A stretch of DNA of 64,000 bases. Source: Podarcis melisellensis. Taxonomy: Eukaryota. Of this stretch, positions 25,051-60,997 are shown in pieces. A program made the translations under genes and the position numbers. The notes under the pieces were generated by a model. The model did not search any database and had not been told where the DNA came from. It was given only the letters and a program-made list of their open reading frames with translations. How positions within the stretch are numbered: the stretch's first letter is position 1; each line of letters begins with the position of its first letter. Location of the stretch: assembly GCA_964234715.1 (NCBI GenBank), contig OZ174287.1; one strand, 5' to 3'.

Positions 25051-27225
25051 TAAAACAAAACAAAACACCCAAAGTACAAAAAAATTCTGCTGACCTCATG
25101 GCTACATCATCAGCTTAACTTTTGTATTTTTGGGTTTTTTTCCTCATCTTACTCACCCCCTGCCTTGTACAACATCTTCCCTGTTGAAGAGTTCTGGAGA
25201 ACTCAAAATCTTGCCACACTTTGTGACATGTTGGCTGATTCCATCCTTCTTATAGATGACCAACATTAAGAAAAAAATATGGCAGCAAACAGCATAGAAT
25301 CAACAATAAAATTATATTCATAAAATAAGTGCATCACAAATTGGTAGATCAGGTTAGGACATCAACAGATCTGGATCACCACTCAGGGGAAAGTTGGCTT
25401 GTACTAACAGTTCCACTGCAGAAATTTCATGTGAATTCTACACACAAACATCTATTCTGATCACCCTGACAAAAATGCACAGAGGGAAACACAATGGTGT
25501 AAAACAAACACACAGCTACTCTCCCCCAACACACTTCCACACAAAGACAAGACAGTAGGTGGATGATAAAGTGGTATGTTTAGGGTGAGGCTTTTCTCTG
25601 CCACATGACTTCTCCCACCCACTAGGATAATGACCAGGCATTGGGATCCTATTTTTAATCTTAATTATGGGCTTTGGTGTTAAAATCATGCCTGTTCCTG
25701 CACATTTTAGGCTCTGTTCTGGCATGTTGCGGCATTCTCCCCCACTCCAGACTCCCCAACATCCTTCCACGGCCATCTTTATGACATGTCTCCTCTTCCC
25801 CTGCTGCCTTGCGGGATATCTTCAGGAGAAGAAAAGCCGAAGGATTAAACCCTACACAAATCTGAAGTGGAGCCCCTAAGACAATTAGATGGCACCTTGT
25901 ATGGCTCCTTTCAGCAACTCCTGCAGCCAAGCTGATACCAAATGACTTGCCCCGCTTTCCTTTGGACCACATCAGGGAGGCTGAGATGATCTTGTGATCT
26001 GGGCAGCGCAGGACCTCCATACACGCTGCCCAGCTTGTTCCCTCACTTTTGACTTCGCCCCTTGATGTGCACTCCATTGTCTCTTGAGACAGACAGATGC
26101 CAACCATCCAACCTCTTCATCCTCCCTCTCAGAAATTTCTCTTTATCGGGCTGGGCCAGCTTAGAAGCCCCCTTTTATGGGGTAAAGTACTCAGCCCACC
26201 CAACTACCTAGATGTTGAGAGGTACAATTGTGGCTTGAATGGTTTATTTTGTGGGGGAGAGTGGATGAATTATAGTTATGCTCAAAGTCTAACTGCTGGT
26301 CTTGATTTTGATGACAATTAGCTTCTGACAGTGGAGACACTGGCCCACATTTCATGGTCAGTTAAGAAATATGTTCTTATATCCAAGTCCTTTTAACTGT
26401 GTTTGTGTGGGGGGGGGTTGTCATTTTTAAATAAATATAATTTATTTTTGTTCTTGTTTTTATTGCATATTCAAATTTAATAAATAAGTGATAGTTCCAC
26501 CTAGGGTTGGCAACATGAAGCCCACAAAGCCTTAGTGCCTCCTTCTCACCAGCCCCTTTGTACTGGGGTGGTTTCCTTCCCTGCCCCCCCCCATTTTAAA
26601 AGCACATAAAGGAGGAAATTGGAAGAGGGATGCTGTTTCCTTGTTCCACCTCCTTGTGTTTTTCAAGGACTCATATTGGCAACTGAGCAGAAAAAGGGAA
26701 GGGGGGAAGGAAAATGGAGCATCACAGAAGGCGGGAGAAGAGAGGGGGTGACAGCGGAAGGATAGAAAATGTGAATGGAAACTTGGTGACTTCATTTTCC
26801 TGGAGAGAGAGAGAGAGAGAGAAGATGGATCCAGCAAAACAATTCCTACTGAAATTGCATTTCTTCCCTCACAGATCCCTGCCCCCCTCCCACAACTCAC
26901 CATCAAATCAAAGTTCACATCTCTCCTTGTTGACTGAACCATAACCACTAGAGATTCACTGCCTTCCAGGACTGCTACGGACCTTCATCTTTATTTTTTT
27001 TTACAAGGCATCCCCCTCAAAAGCACACTCAAATCACAGGTGACCTCTGTATCCACATATGTGTTCTGTTATTTATAGTCATGTGGAAAAATCATGAGGA
27101 ATTGTGCCTTGACGAATGTTTTTGTGGTACTAGCAAGCACTGGATCTGTATTTTATCAATGGATCAGAGGGAAGGAGGTGCTAGACACAGGTTATGGATA
27201 TTATTTAGTCCTTTTATATCTTGAA

Positions 27226-27415
27226 AGAACATAAGAAGGGCACTGATGGATCACGCCAATGGCCCATCTAGTCTAGCATCCTATTCTCACAGTGGAGAAC
27301 CAGATGCCTAGAGGAAGCTCACAAGCAGGACCTGAGCACAAGAGCAACTCTTTCCACCTGTGGTTTCTTTCCTTCAGCAGCTGCTATTCAGAGGCATTAG
27401 TGCCCCTGACAGCAG
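27226..27415 (-). mobile_element. CR1-type LINE/SINE 3'-end fragment
   Basis: Starts AAGAACATAAGAAG..GGCCCATCTAGTC, the reverse complement of a CR1-like (TTCTTATG) tail. Confidence 0.55.
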
Positions 27416-27559
27416 ATGTTTCTTAAATAGTGGACCTCAAGGTGGCCTCAGACCTGCTTCAATTCAGGAAGAGACAGGTGGCAAACAGGTCACTATAGAA
27501 GAACAGGGAAGGAGGGAATGCTCCAGGAAATTTGAATGGGTATCACCTACAGCAGAGAT

Positions 27560-27987
27560 TTTCCCAGTAGTGATGTATGGAAGTAAGAGCTGGACCATAA
27601 AGAAGGCTGATCGCCAAAGAATCGATGCTTTTAAATTATGGTGCTGGAGGAGACTCTTGAGAGTCCTATGGACTGCAAGAAGATCAAACCTCTCCATTCT
27701 GAAGGAAATCAGCCCTGAGTGCTCACTGGAAGGACAGATCCTGAAGCTGAGGCTCCAATACTTTGGCCACCTCATGAGAAGAGAAAAAGACCCTGATGTT
27801 GGGAAAGATGGAGGGCACAAGGAGAAGGGGATGACAGAGGATGAGATGGTTGGACAGTGTTCTCGAAGCTACCAGCATGAGTTTGACCAAACTGCAGGAG
27901 GCAGTGGAAGACACAAGTGCCTGGCGTGCTCTGGTCCATGGGGTCACGAAGAGTCGGACACGACTAAACGACTAAACAACAACAACA
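27560..27987 (+). mobile_element. 5'-truncated RTE-BovB LINE
   Basis: Encodes FPVVMYGSKSWTIKKADRQRIDAFKLWCWRRLLRV..LQYFGHLMRR (BovB ORF end); (CAA)n tail; 11-bp TSD ACAGCAGAGAT at 27549-27559 and 27988-27998. Confidence 0.95.
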
Positions 27988-28405
27988 ACAGCAGAGATGG
28001 TGATCTCATGACCCAGAACTCACCAAAAGCCTTTTAATTGAGTGTATAGTAAAACATGGGCCCATAATTCCATTCATAAAAAGAGGGGATATTTCTAGTT
28101 GTAAAAATGTAGTCCATACAATTTTATGTTACATCTCTCTAGCAATTTCATGCCTCACCATGTCCATCAGCTGGTTCTGCCCTGGCAGTCTTAGATGCCA
28201 CCTTATGCCCCTCCCAAGTACCATTAGGTACTTTCCCACCAGGCCCCTGATTTGCCAGGCATCACTCCTTAGTTCCCAGGCTCTTCTTGCTGTCACAGGA
28301 CCTGAATTTTAGGCCAAGCTGCACTACCCGCAAGTCACATCTTTCTTTCCTGAAAATCTGGCTCAATTTTTTTTGTTATTAATGTGAGATAAAACAGGGT
28401 AACAG

Positions 28406-28542
28406 CAAGGGCGCAGCTGGCGGGGACAACTGCCCCCCTAAATCAAGCAAATAAATAAATAAAAATCCTTAAGTAACTGAGGTTCTCCCCCCCACACACA
28501 TAAAACCTGTCCCCACTAACATAAATCCTGGCTACACCCATG
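28406..28542. mobile_element. hAT-type MITE
   Basis: Degenerate TIR CAAGGGCGCAGC / GCTACACCCATG; near-TSD GGTAACAG/TGTAACAG. Confidence 0.6.
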
Positions 28543-28899
28543 TGTAACAGTGACTGTGGTGTGGGGAAGGCTCTTGGCACATGCTTAGAGGTCCTGTCAT
28601 CCTTGGTACTTAACGTTTTCCAAGGCTGGACCAAGGCAGCATGGTAGACTGAGCAACCTCTGAGGCTTACAGAAAATACTACACATGGTAGAAAAAAAAT
28701 ACTGGATTTGTAAGCAAGGCCAATTGTGATTTACGGGTTTGATTGCTGGTTAGAGGGCCAGAAGAGTTGGGAGAGCCTTGTGGAGATAATTCCCTCTACT
28801 TAGCCTCAACATTTTCTCCCGGAGGCTGTTTCACAGGTGCACGTGCTTCACTTGATTTCTGGCAAGCTAGGCAGCTCCAGCAGATTCCTGTGCAAAGTA

Positions 28900-29650
28900 T
28901 TGCGCTTGTTAGGAGACACCCGCGGCGTGCATCTGTGCTGCTAGATCCGTGATGGCTCATTTAGACGATCAAGCCTGCCCTCCAGGAACGAAGTGATTGC
29001 TGTGAATTATTAGATTATTATTTTTTGCCTCCAGCTGGCTACGTGCCCCCCCCCCACTTCAAAGCTGTCTCGCTCCTCCTACTCCCTTTTCCTCGCCACC
29101 TCCTCTAGCTGCACTTTACAGACGCTCCCCTGCTCAGCTGCAGCCCGGAGCTGTTGTTTGGGACGCTCCGGCGTGGATGCGGTTGCAAGAGTAAGGTAAG
29201 AACTGCGTGTCCTGGCAGGAGCGGGGGGTTGTAAGAGATAGTCTCGGTCCCCTGCACACACCTTGACTTGATCCTTGCCCATCGCTACCCCCGCTGCTGG
29301 TTCTCTGGAGATCTGACCCCCCAAGCATCCCGTGCGTAATGCTCTCCAAGTCTCGGGGCGCAGCGCCGAGGGCGCACGGGGGTCCTTTGGCGTCTCCAAA
29401 GTCTTGGCGCGGGCGTCGCCACCACCGACATTGGGGGACGGGGAGGGAGGAATCCTTCATCACAGGGCAGCAGCCGGGGCCATTTTGGAGTGGTGGTGGT
29501 GGGCTCTGATTTTCTTTGCCAAAGGCCCGATTTGATGGGGGTAGCGGGTGGGGCGGAGAGGGAGGGTTACAGACCCCGCTCCATTCCAGGCAATTCCTTG
29601 ACGTTGTCTCGAGCCGGCCTGCTGTAGGGAGTTTGCGTGGGAGAAGCTTG
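28900..29650 (+). promoter_or_regulatory. CpG-rich promoter and non-coding exon 1 of CCDC106
   Basis: CpG-rich; donor AAG|GTAAGA after 29195; nearest island upstream of the CCDC106 coding exons. Confidence 0.6.
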
Positions 29651-30432
29651 TATCTGGTTACCAGCGAGATTCTAGTAGGATGCAGGGAAACGGGAGGAGA
29701 AGGAGAGAGAGAGGCCTTGCTGTGGCCAGTTGGTTTGGAGTCGGAGAGAAGGCGAGCAAGTCTGGGCATCATTGAAGGACCAAGTAATGGCAATGAGGAA
29801 ACGGGTAGGTGGGCAAAGGTCAATGACTGGCGAGGAAGGAAGGCAAATGCCATGCAGGTGTTAACTGTGGGGCCTGAATAGGCGGTGATAGTCACCTGTA
29901 GGACTCCAAGAGGTGGCTCAGACCAAGATCTTTTGCGGCTGAGACAGCTGCACCTCAGGATCTCAAGAGGTGTGCCCCCAAATGCATTGCAATGTCCCAG
30001 AGGGTGCAAGGAGGGACACAACACCCTGGTTGCTTCCCTGGCACCCCTAAGAATATTGTGACTTCCCTTCTCTCCACTGGTTGAGGTACTTGTCAGTTGG
30101 CTTTTGCTTCAGATTTTGGTTTCCAGAAGCTGAGCTTTTGGGGTTTTAGGTAAGCATGTTAGAGTCTGTGTGACAAGGAGGGAGGGGCCAAGCCAAGGAA
30201 TAGAGAACTGGAGCCTGCAAGTAGCAACTAGGCTTTATCCACCTGGATTGATGACCTACTTTGGCAAACCCCCATGTGCATTTGCGTACACACACACAGG
30301 CTGGGAGCCTCAATGGAGCTCTTCTGGAGGCTTCACCCAGGGCAAAAAAAAAACCAGTTAACCACCTCCCTGCCCCCCACTGCCCCTGTAGCTGTAGATC
30401 TGAGTAATGCATTTATTTTATTTATTAAAACA

Positions 30433-30720
30433 TATAGCTCAGTTGGTAGAACATGAGACTTTAAATCTCAGGGTTGTGGGTAGTGGCGTAGCGTGGGTTG
30501 TCAGCACCCGGGGCAAGGCAAGTAATTTGCGCCCCCTAACCCGTGGATTTGCGCCCCCTAACTCTAACCAAAGGTGTTGCGCCCGGTGCGGCCGGCCCCC
30601 CCCTGCACCCCCCACGCTACGCCACTGACTTTGGGCAAAAAGATTCCTGCATTGCAGGGGGTTGGGCCAGATGACTCTTGCTGTCCCTGCCAACTCTACA
30701 GTTCTGTGATTCTATTCTAT
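30433..30720 (+). mobile_element. tRNA(Lys)-derived SINE with CR1-type tail, interrupted by a MITE
   Basis: TAGCTCAGTTGGTAGA..AATCTCAGGGTTGTGGG head; tail ..CCAACTCTACAGTTCTGTGATTCTATTCTAT. Confidence 0.75.
30481..30627. mobile_element. GC-rich MITE nested in a SINE
   Basis: 16-bp TIR AGTGGCGTAGCGTGGG / CCCACGCTACGCCACT; internal repeat ATTTGCGCCCCCTAAC x2. Confidence 0.85.
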
Positions 30721-32248
30721 ATTTATGCCACTTCTTTCCATGGAAATATGAAACTCAAGGCAGCTTGCAACAGATGCATCTTTCTATCTATCGATAACTG
30801 GTTGTATTGCCAGCTGCACATTTAATCCATTTGGGAAAATGCTGTAGCAAATGCAAAAATATATCAACATACAGAAAGGATTGCAACATCCAGTGTGTTT
30901 TTTTATTAGTAATTGGTTATTCAACTGCATTAAAAAAAAAGTAAGCTGCATCAGTGCAATACATAGAGAATGCATTCTGCAGTGTTGGGAGCCGGTTAAG
31001 AGTCTAGCTGCTGAAATATTGGGGGCTGGATCTGATAAGAGATTGCATCCCATCCATATATAACGGTCTGTTATTAACAGATGTGCATTGTATTGTTGAC
31101 TGAGGTTGGGCAAGAGAGGTGTGTATGTGCATTTATGCAAGTTAGTGGCAGAATGGAAACTGAACTGAATGGAAGCGGGGTTCTGTCTCTCCCCCATCCC
31201 CCAAACTTCCACTCACATACAATCCATTAACTTTGCAGGCATAGCTAAGCTACAAGAAAATGTGGTTTCCAGCCCTAAACAATTTTTGTACTTGTGTCCA
31301 AGTCTAGTTTGTGTGTGGGTCCCTCTTAGGCACATCCCCACCACCCCTTAAGGATTGTTGCACATAACACTTCAGGGAGCTTGAGCAGGGTCTCCTCTGA
31401 CACTTTTAGATACTTCAAAGGGAGTCGGGGGGAAGGAGGCAATGACCTTCAGTGGTTTGCTCTGTTCCAATTCTAGAGAACCAGAGGATGAGTGTGAACA
31501 TGTGCACTCATGGCTCGATTGAAACATCAAGCAGTAACTTGCATAAATGAATGGAGCCATCACAGATATAGCACCATCAGAGACTAAATTTTCACTGCAA
31601 CTCTGGGTGACGGATGCTTGAGTAATCAAGGGATGTGATGTACATGCATGTGAAAGCGGAATCCATGAGTTTCACCTGGGTTGAGAGAGAGAAAAAGTTT
31701 ATCCGAGCAAGAGAGCTGGCCTTACAACCCCTGTGCCTTTACAGGACTGCTGGAAGCAACTGCTTTGGGGATCACCTCCTATTTCATAGGGGGCATCACT
31801 CCACTGCAGTGCCCCTGCCTGCTATTGTTGCTGTGGGATCTCCTGGCCTAACCTATTAATTTCCCTGTCTTGCCTCTGTCCAGGTGTTTGGAGCTATTTC
31901 CTAAGTGGACGGGTAGCTGTGTGGAAGATCTTGGATCCCCAAGTGTCACCCTGGCTCAGGTAGATATCCTCTTGGAAACAGTGCGAGATAGGGGGTACCT
32001 GGGAACTTTTTTGACCTGGTGAGTCAGATCTTTGTATCCCTCATCCTATAGGCCAACTTTGACAGGTAGGCAGGGCCACCCATCTGTCAGTCAACTGATG
32101 TCATTACAGTGCCAAGTAAGCTATCAAAATGGATTGTTGGGGTGGGGTGGGACGGCTTCTGGGGGGATTTGGTAAGGCAGCACCCGGCAGGATGGGAACC
32201 TCTTCCTCACCATCAAGACGTAGACACTAGTTTGTTGTCAGGTATTCT

Positions 32249-32423
32249 CAGTGCTTTTTTTTCTGGGGGAATGCAGGGGTATACATACCCCTAAACATTT
32301 TGTGAATCTTTGTACTTTTGCCCATTCACTGTATTTATTTCCCCCAATTTGAGCTATAAAATGGTGATTTTCTTGAGTCAAAATGAGAGTACCCCTAAAC
32401 ATTTTTTTAGAAAAAAAGCACTG
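32249..32423. mobile_element. hAT-type MITE
   Basis: TIR CAGTGCTTTTTTT / AAAAAAAGCACTG; TSD GGTATTCT/GGTATTCA. Confidence 0.85.
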
Positions 32424-32753
32424 GGTATTCAAATATGTTTTAGGGAGAGCTGCACCTTATCTCCGCCCCGCCCCCACCCGGCTGTTAATGTGCATTATTG
32501 GAATTATACATTTATAGAATGGGAGGACATACCTGAAAGCCTGTAATTCAGCGTTCTCTGAAAAGAGCAAAAATTTTCAAAAAAGGGGGCTCCTTGGCTG
32601 GGGATTCTTGTCAGGGTCCAAGGGGAGGCTGCTTTGGAGTTCACTCATTAGGAAAATCTAGGGGAGACAGAATATCAGGCAGATCTGCCCAGTTAGATCA
32701 CCTCTCCTGCTCTCTAGGTTAGCAGCATCCGTCCCACCTGGGGAGGGAGGACA

Positions 32754-37244
<4,491 letters not shown>

Positions 37245-38641
37245 TTCCCCCTCCTGGCTTTGCCTGAACCCACTTTGACAGCCCTCCAGTCTCTTATTTC
37301 CGTCTAGTTATTGAGGAAGCTCCTGCTGTGCTCCCCTGGGGCTCTTCCTTGTCAGCCCCCTTCACCTTTTCCCACAGTTTCTAGTGCTAAAGGCAAGCTC
37401 TGCCTTTGTAAGGCAAGTGGGATGCTTTTATCCTGGCACAATCATCTCTTTGGGAAGCATCATCTCCCTTTTATGTGTCAGCTGGTTAAAGCCTACTGAG
37501 AGATGAACTGGATTAAATTCACTCCATTTGCTTCCATCTTAAGAACTGGCAAAATGACTGCCCAGTGGGAGTAGCAGGGGAGCAGGTTAGTGGGACAGAG
37601 TACATCCCATTCGTAGGTAAGGTGCTGTGGTGGAGAGGTTGCTTCAGACTGGCTGTGCAGGTACAGTAACACCTGTAGGACCGCCAAGGCATTCATCAGA
37701 GACAGTGTCTGCTGCCTTGCAAATAAGCAACGAGGTGACACATTTTTCTTACACAACACTCCCCTGAATACTGCTTATTTGTGGCACGTCAGCAGCCCCA
37801 AAGGGCTGAATAAACATTGGCAGAAATTTCCCTGCCTTGTTGCTCGGAGGCCAGTTGTGTTTGCCGTAGGTAAGTGTGTGTGTTTGTGAGCTTGTTTTAA
37901 CAGCTCCAGAACTTGGGGCAGGGATGCTCAAGATGGCTCAGCCTTCCCCTGAAGACAATTCCTGTCTCCTTAAGAAGTTAGTGTAGGCAATGGATTTACT
38001 CACCTCACTGCTCCCCTCCCCTTTCCAGCCTGCTGTGAAGCAAGACTAGAAGTGGAGGGCGATTGCTGAACAGCCTGCAGTGGTCTTGCCTTTTGGTCAC
38101 TTCCTTTCTTTTTTCTTTTACATCCAATGCTATTGGCACCTTCTTAAGCTTTTCTCTTCCTGTTGCCTTTTTGCTATAACAGTCCTTAGCCTGGAGGAAT
38201 GAACTGCAGCCTTTGGCTGCCTCTAAATAATTCCCTATAGTCTCCCAAAGAAATTCCCGCATCCCAAGACTTCCTTGCATCTCTTTACCGCCATGGACAC
38301 CACCTGCCCTCTTTCATGTTCTCCTGTTCCAGGTTCTGAAGCTGGGCTGTGTTTGGTGGCAAGCCATTTGCACTTCCTTTTTTGCTTCCTGAAAAAGAGA
38401 CTGTGTGTGCCCTCCAACACCTCTGTGGCTTCAAGCTGCCACCTTATGTGTGAGCAAGGGTTTTGTTTGTTCTCTGCTCCTTTGGGCTGTCTCCCCTTTA
38501 TTCAGTGTAATGAATGGACTGTTTCCACTGTGCCTGTAATTTATCACCCAGTTTTTTCCTCTGTGTTAAAGAAATAATAATTTAAAAGGAAAATGTAAAA
38601 AGACAACAATTTACTAAGAGGATTTAAATTAAAGCATTTTG

Positions 38642-38647
38642 AATAAA
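38642..38647 (+). terminator. Probable CCDC106 polyadenylation signal
   Basis: AATAAA with upstream ATTAAA and downstream GU/U-rich TGTGTGGTTTTAATTTTT. Confidence 0.65.
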
Positions 38648-38992
38648 ACTCAGCAATGTGTGGTTTTAATTTTTCATGTTTGTATAATTGCTGCAAAAAT
38701 GTGCGAATTTGCGGCTAGTTTAGGATATTCCTGGCTTGGAACAAGGGGATGAAGAGTTGGATGTTGGCAACCGATTCAAATCCTCAGCTGTATATTATCT
38801 GGGAGTCAGAATTAAGTTGGGTGTTACTCAGTTTGTTACCAGTTTGTAAAATTAATGGCATGCCCTCAGTTTTGGTGTGAGGATGAGAGAATTATTGTGA
38901 AATGTACACTAAATGACACAGTAGAATTTGGTATAGAATTTGGTATAGTCCCAGGGTGTGGCCTAAAATATGCAGGAAGGCACTACTTTACT

Positions 38993-39075
38993 GAAGCTAA
39001 GCAGGTCTGGGTCTGGGCTGTGCCTGGATGGCTGACTGCCTGAGAACCACATGTACTTTGCCTTGGGCTCCATGA
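38993..39075 (+). mobile_element. 5S rRNA-derived SINE fragment
   Basis: GAAGCTAAGCAGG..CTGG..TGGATGG..GACTGCCTG.GAA resembles the 5S internal promoter half; degenerate and partial. Confidence 0.6.
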
Positions 39076-41298
39076 TGGAATAGATGTATGTCAGTGACGT
39101 GGAGAAGTCCGATGAATTACCCTTGCCACAGCATTGGATAAAGTTATCTTGAAGCTGTGGTGCTACTCTCTGGAAATTGGGGGGAAAATGTGCAATAGAA
39201 AGCAAAGGAAGTGGGAGAGAAACACAGGTACCTGATTCAAAAGATTTCCTTCATATTTGATGAACTTAGCATTTTGTTAGTGTGGAGTTCTCCTATGAAA
39301 GCCCCACTGGAGGAACAGGAGGGAAAATGTGCTGTTAAAGAACCTCAGTAGGGTGTGTGGAGAGCTTCACAGCAGTTCCCAAATGATGGTACGCAGACCC
39401 CGCAGGGGGTCCATCTAACCCACTCTGGGTTCTATGGCATATACCCATCAACCATGTCTGAAAATGCATGAGTATGCAGCGCACAAAGCCACGTGTTTTT
39501 GGGTGCTTTGACTCACAGAGGAGCGCAGCCCAGAATATGCACATCCTGGTTCTGGAAACCACTGATCTAGATCATGCCCAGTGAAAGGCATGGGTGTACC
39601 TATACCTTGGCAAATGTTGCAGCTGACTTAAAAAAATAAAAGTGGTTGTATTCCAGCCATTGTAGGGGGAAGCCAGTCATATCTCAAGCCATGAGTGTTG
39701 CAGTCATTGAAATTGTGAAACACATAAAGTAAAACAAAAAAACCTGAGAGCCTATCTCTCCTACAGGAATAAGAAAGCAGTATGAATGGAAGCGAATATT
39801 AACCTCTGCCTTGTGGGTGAATTATGACTCATGGCATAGAATTTGAAAACAATGTCCTGCCCCCTTTTACAGTGCATCCACTATGCAGCTGATGGCTACT
39901 CCCTTTGGGAGTCCACATTTAGGTGGGAGAATGTTGCTGCTGTTGCTGTGCTCGTGTCCTGTTTTTAAGAGTTCCCCATAGGCATTATTAGAAGAATTTT
40001 AAGGTCTCATATATAGAATATTCATAAATGCACACATATCTAAATATATGAACCAAGTGTCGGAAATGGTATGGGAGAGCAATCCTGAAGCCATTTTGAC
40101 TCTCCTAATGACCTCAAATATTCCTCTGCAGGAAGGGAGGCAAATGGGAAAAGACTTCCCATTGTCTTTTTGCTTGCAAATCCTGTCTTAAGGTCATATT
40201 TGTGTATGAATAGGGCGAGTCTGTGGGATGGATTCAAGAACTAAAGTATTAACTATCACAAAAGAATGTCCAGACTGCCCAGGGAATGCAAATCAGTGAC
40301 CATTACTGTATTAGGTATCCTGGCGGACAGGATTTCTGCTGCAGACCGCCTCCTTCTGTAATGTATGTATGATGTTTTGAGGGCTGGTCTTGGGCTACAG
40401 GGTGGGCAATTTAAAAGGCTATATAAAGGCTTTGCACACCATTGTTCCGGGTTCTCCTCCCTCCTGCGTGTGGTAAGTGGGGGACCCTGTTGCAACAGTT
40501 TAATAGAGATCAGGCTTACTAGCCTCTTTGCTTCTCAATATACTCTCGTTGACCTCTGTTATTTTCTCCTACCGATAGGGAACCCACTTAAGGACTCTAT
40601 ACGGGCTCCGAAATACCCCATAAGGGAAAGGGAGCAGTTTTTTCTTATAACAGCATTTTGTTGGCCCCTGATTGGAGAGGATGCTGATCTAAAGTTGGGC
40701 TTTTGTTCCGATCCCAGCAGGGCCCTTCTAAAGCTGACCCTCATCAAAGATTTTATTTCTTATAAAGAGTGGTCACCACGTGGTCAAAGTGCAAGAGCTG
40801 TGCCGGAAGCGACTGCCTAACGTCCGACGGAAATACTTGCCAGCCCCGGAAACAGTTGTGGAAGACTCGGGAGAAGCCGCGCTCTCTTTATTCTCCCCTC
40901 CCTCCTTTTAAGCGGGAGCCCGAACGGAAGAGCCGAACTCGTGCCGCGCTAAGAAACAGACGCTAGCGGAAGTACCCGAGGCTCTCCGGAAAATTCCGAA
41001 TGCACGGGAGGGGGGGCGGCCTCTCCTGAGCGTTCCTGGGAAGGCTCTCTGAATAAAGAAAAGCGAGCGAGGCTTTGTCCTAGAGAGGTTAAGGAAGCCG
41101 CCGAGCGTATTTCGAAAGCGTCTTCCGGAGATAGCCGAGCGTTTCCGTTAACACCCGAAGCTGCCGTCGGAAGTTGCCGAACTCAAGGGAAGGCGCCCCT
41201 GCGGCCTAGTGCGTGAGGAGGAGCTGGATAGCGAGAGCTACTAGAGCAGCTGCGAGGCCGCGTTCAGGCCGCCCTCCTCCGTCCCGTCTCCGTTAACC

Positions 41299-60085
<18,787 letters not shown>

Positions 60086-60477
60086 CCCAACCCTGAGCCA
60101 GGCATGGGGGTGTGGGGTGTTTTAAGGAGGCAGGGGCAGCTCGCTGGCCGGAGAGGCTCCTTTAGCAACATAGCCTGTTTATATTTTATGGCCAAAATCT
60201 CCTGTATTTTTTTTTCTTCCAATTGTCCCAATCCCTTCCTTTTCTATCCCTGCCACCAGCTCCCTCGGCCCACCCCACCCCCCTCGGTTTCCCAGTGATG
60301 GTTACTCTGTAGTAGAAACGTTGTCTCTTTTCCCCCATATCCCCATCCCACTGTGATGTTTCTGATTTTTTCCTAAGAGGAGTTTTGCTCTAAAACAAGA
60401 TGGGCCCGTTTTGTTGTATTTTCCTTTCCTCTGCGCTGTGTGTATGGACGACTATTTCTCTAGCATTGTCTCTCATA

Positions 60478-60483
60478 ATTAAA
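60478..60483 (+). terminator. Probable U2AF2 polyadenylation signal (ATTAAA)
   Basis: Variant hexamer about 390 nt after the stop, followed by U/GU-rich sequence. Confidence 0.5.
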
Positions 60484-60637
60484 CATTTTTTCCAATTCCC
60501 TGGTGTCATTTGGACATCTGTTCTTTATGTTTCTAATCCACAATTGCACGTTAACGAGGGTATGAGAATACCCAGCCCTTGGCCATAGGAAATTGCCTGG
60601 TTTATGTATAGATTTAATGCTGGGTAGTCCCAGGAAC

Positions 60638-60997
60638 GACGCGGGTGGTGCTGTGGATAAAACCTCAGCGCCTAGGACTTGCCGATTGCATGGTCGGCGG
60701 TTCGAATCCCCGCGGCGGGGTGTGCTCCCGTCGTTCGGTCCCAGCGCCTGCCAACCTAGCAGTTTGAAAGCACCCCCGGGTGCAAGTAGATAAATAGGGA
60801 CTGCTTACCAGCGGGAAGGTAAACGGCGTTCTGTGTGCTGCGCTGGCTCGCCAGATGCAGCTTGTCACGCTGGCCATGTGACCCGGAAGTGTCTGCGGAC
60901 AGCGCTGGCTCCCGGCCTATAGAGTGAGATGAGCGTACAACCCTAGAGTCTGTCAAGACTGGCCCGTACGGGCAGGGGTACCTTTACCTTTACCTTT
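60638..60997 (+). mobile_element. Full-length Sauria SINE
   Basis: B box GGTTCGAATCC, conserved core GTAGATAAATAGG..GCGGGAAGGTAAACGGCGTT, (ACCTTT)3 tail; 13-bp TSD TAGTCCCAGGAAC at 60625-60637 and 60998-61010. Confidence 0.93.

Noticed and set aside
27360-28037. 225-aa ORF
   Set aside because: Chance fusion of flanking DNA with a truncated BovB RT C-terminus that frameshifts after HLMRR.
30433-30480. tRNA-Lys gene (also tRNA-like heads at 42790, 50945, 60638 and 63250)
   Set aside because: Incomplete cloverleaves joined to LINE-derived tails; these are SINE heads.
38993-39045. 5S rRNA gene
   Set aside because: Partial and degenerate; fits a 5S-derived SINE.
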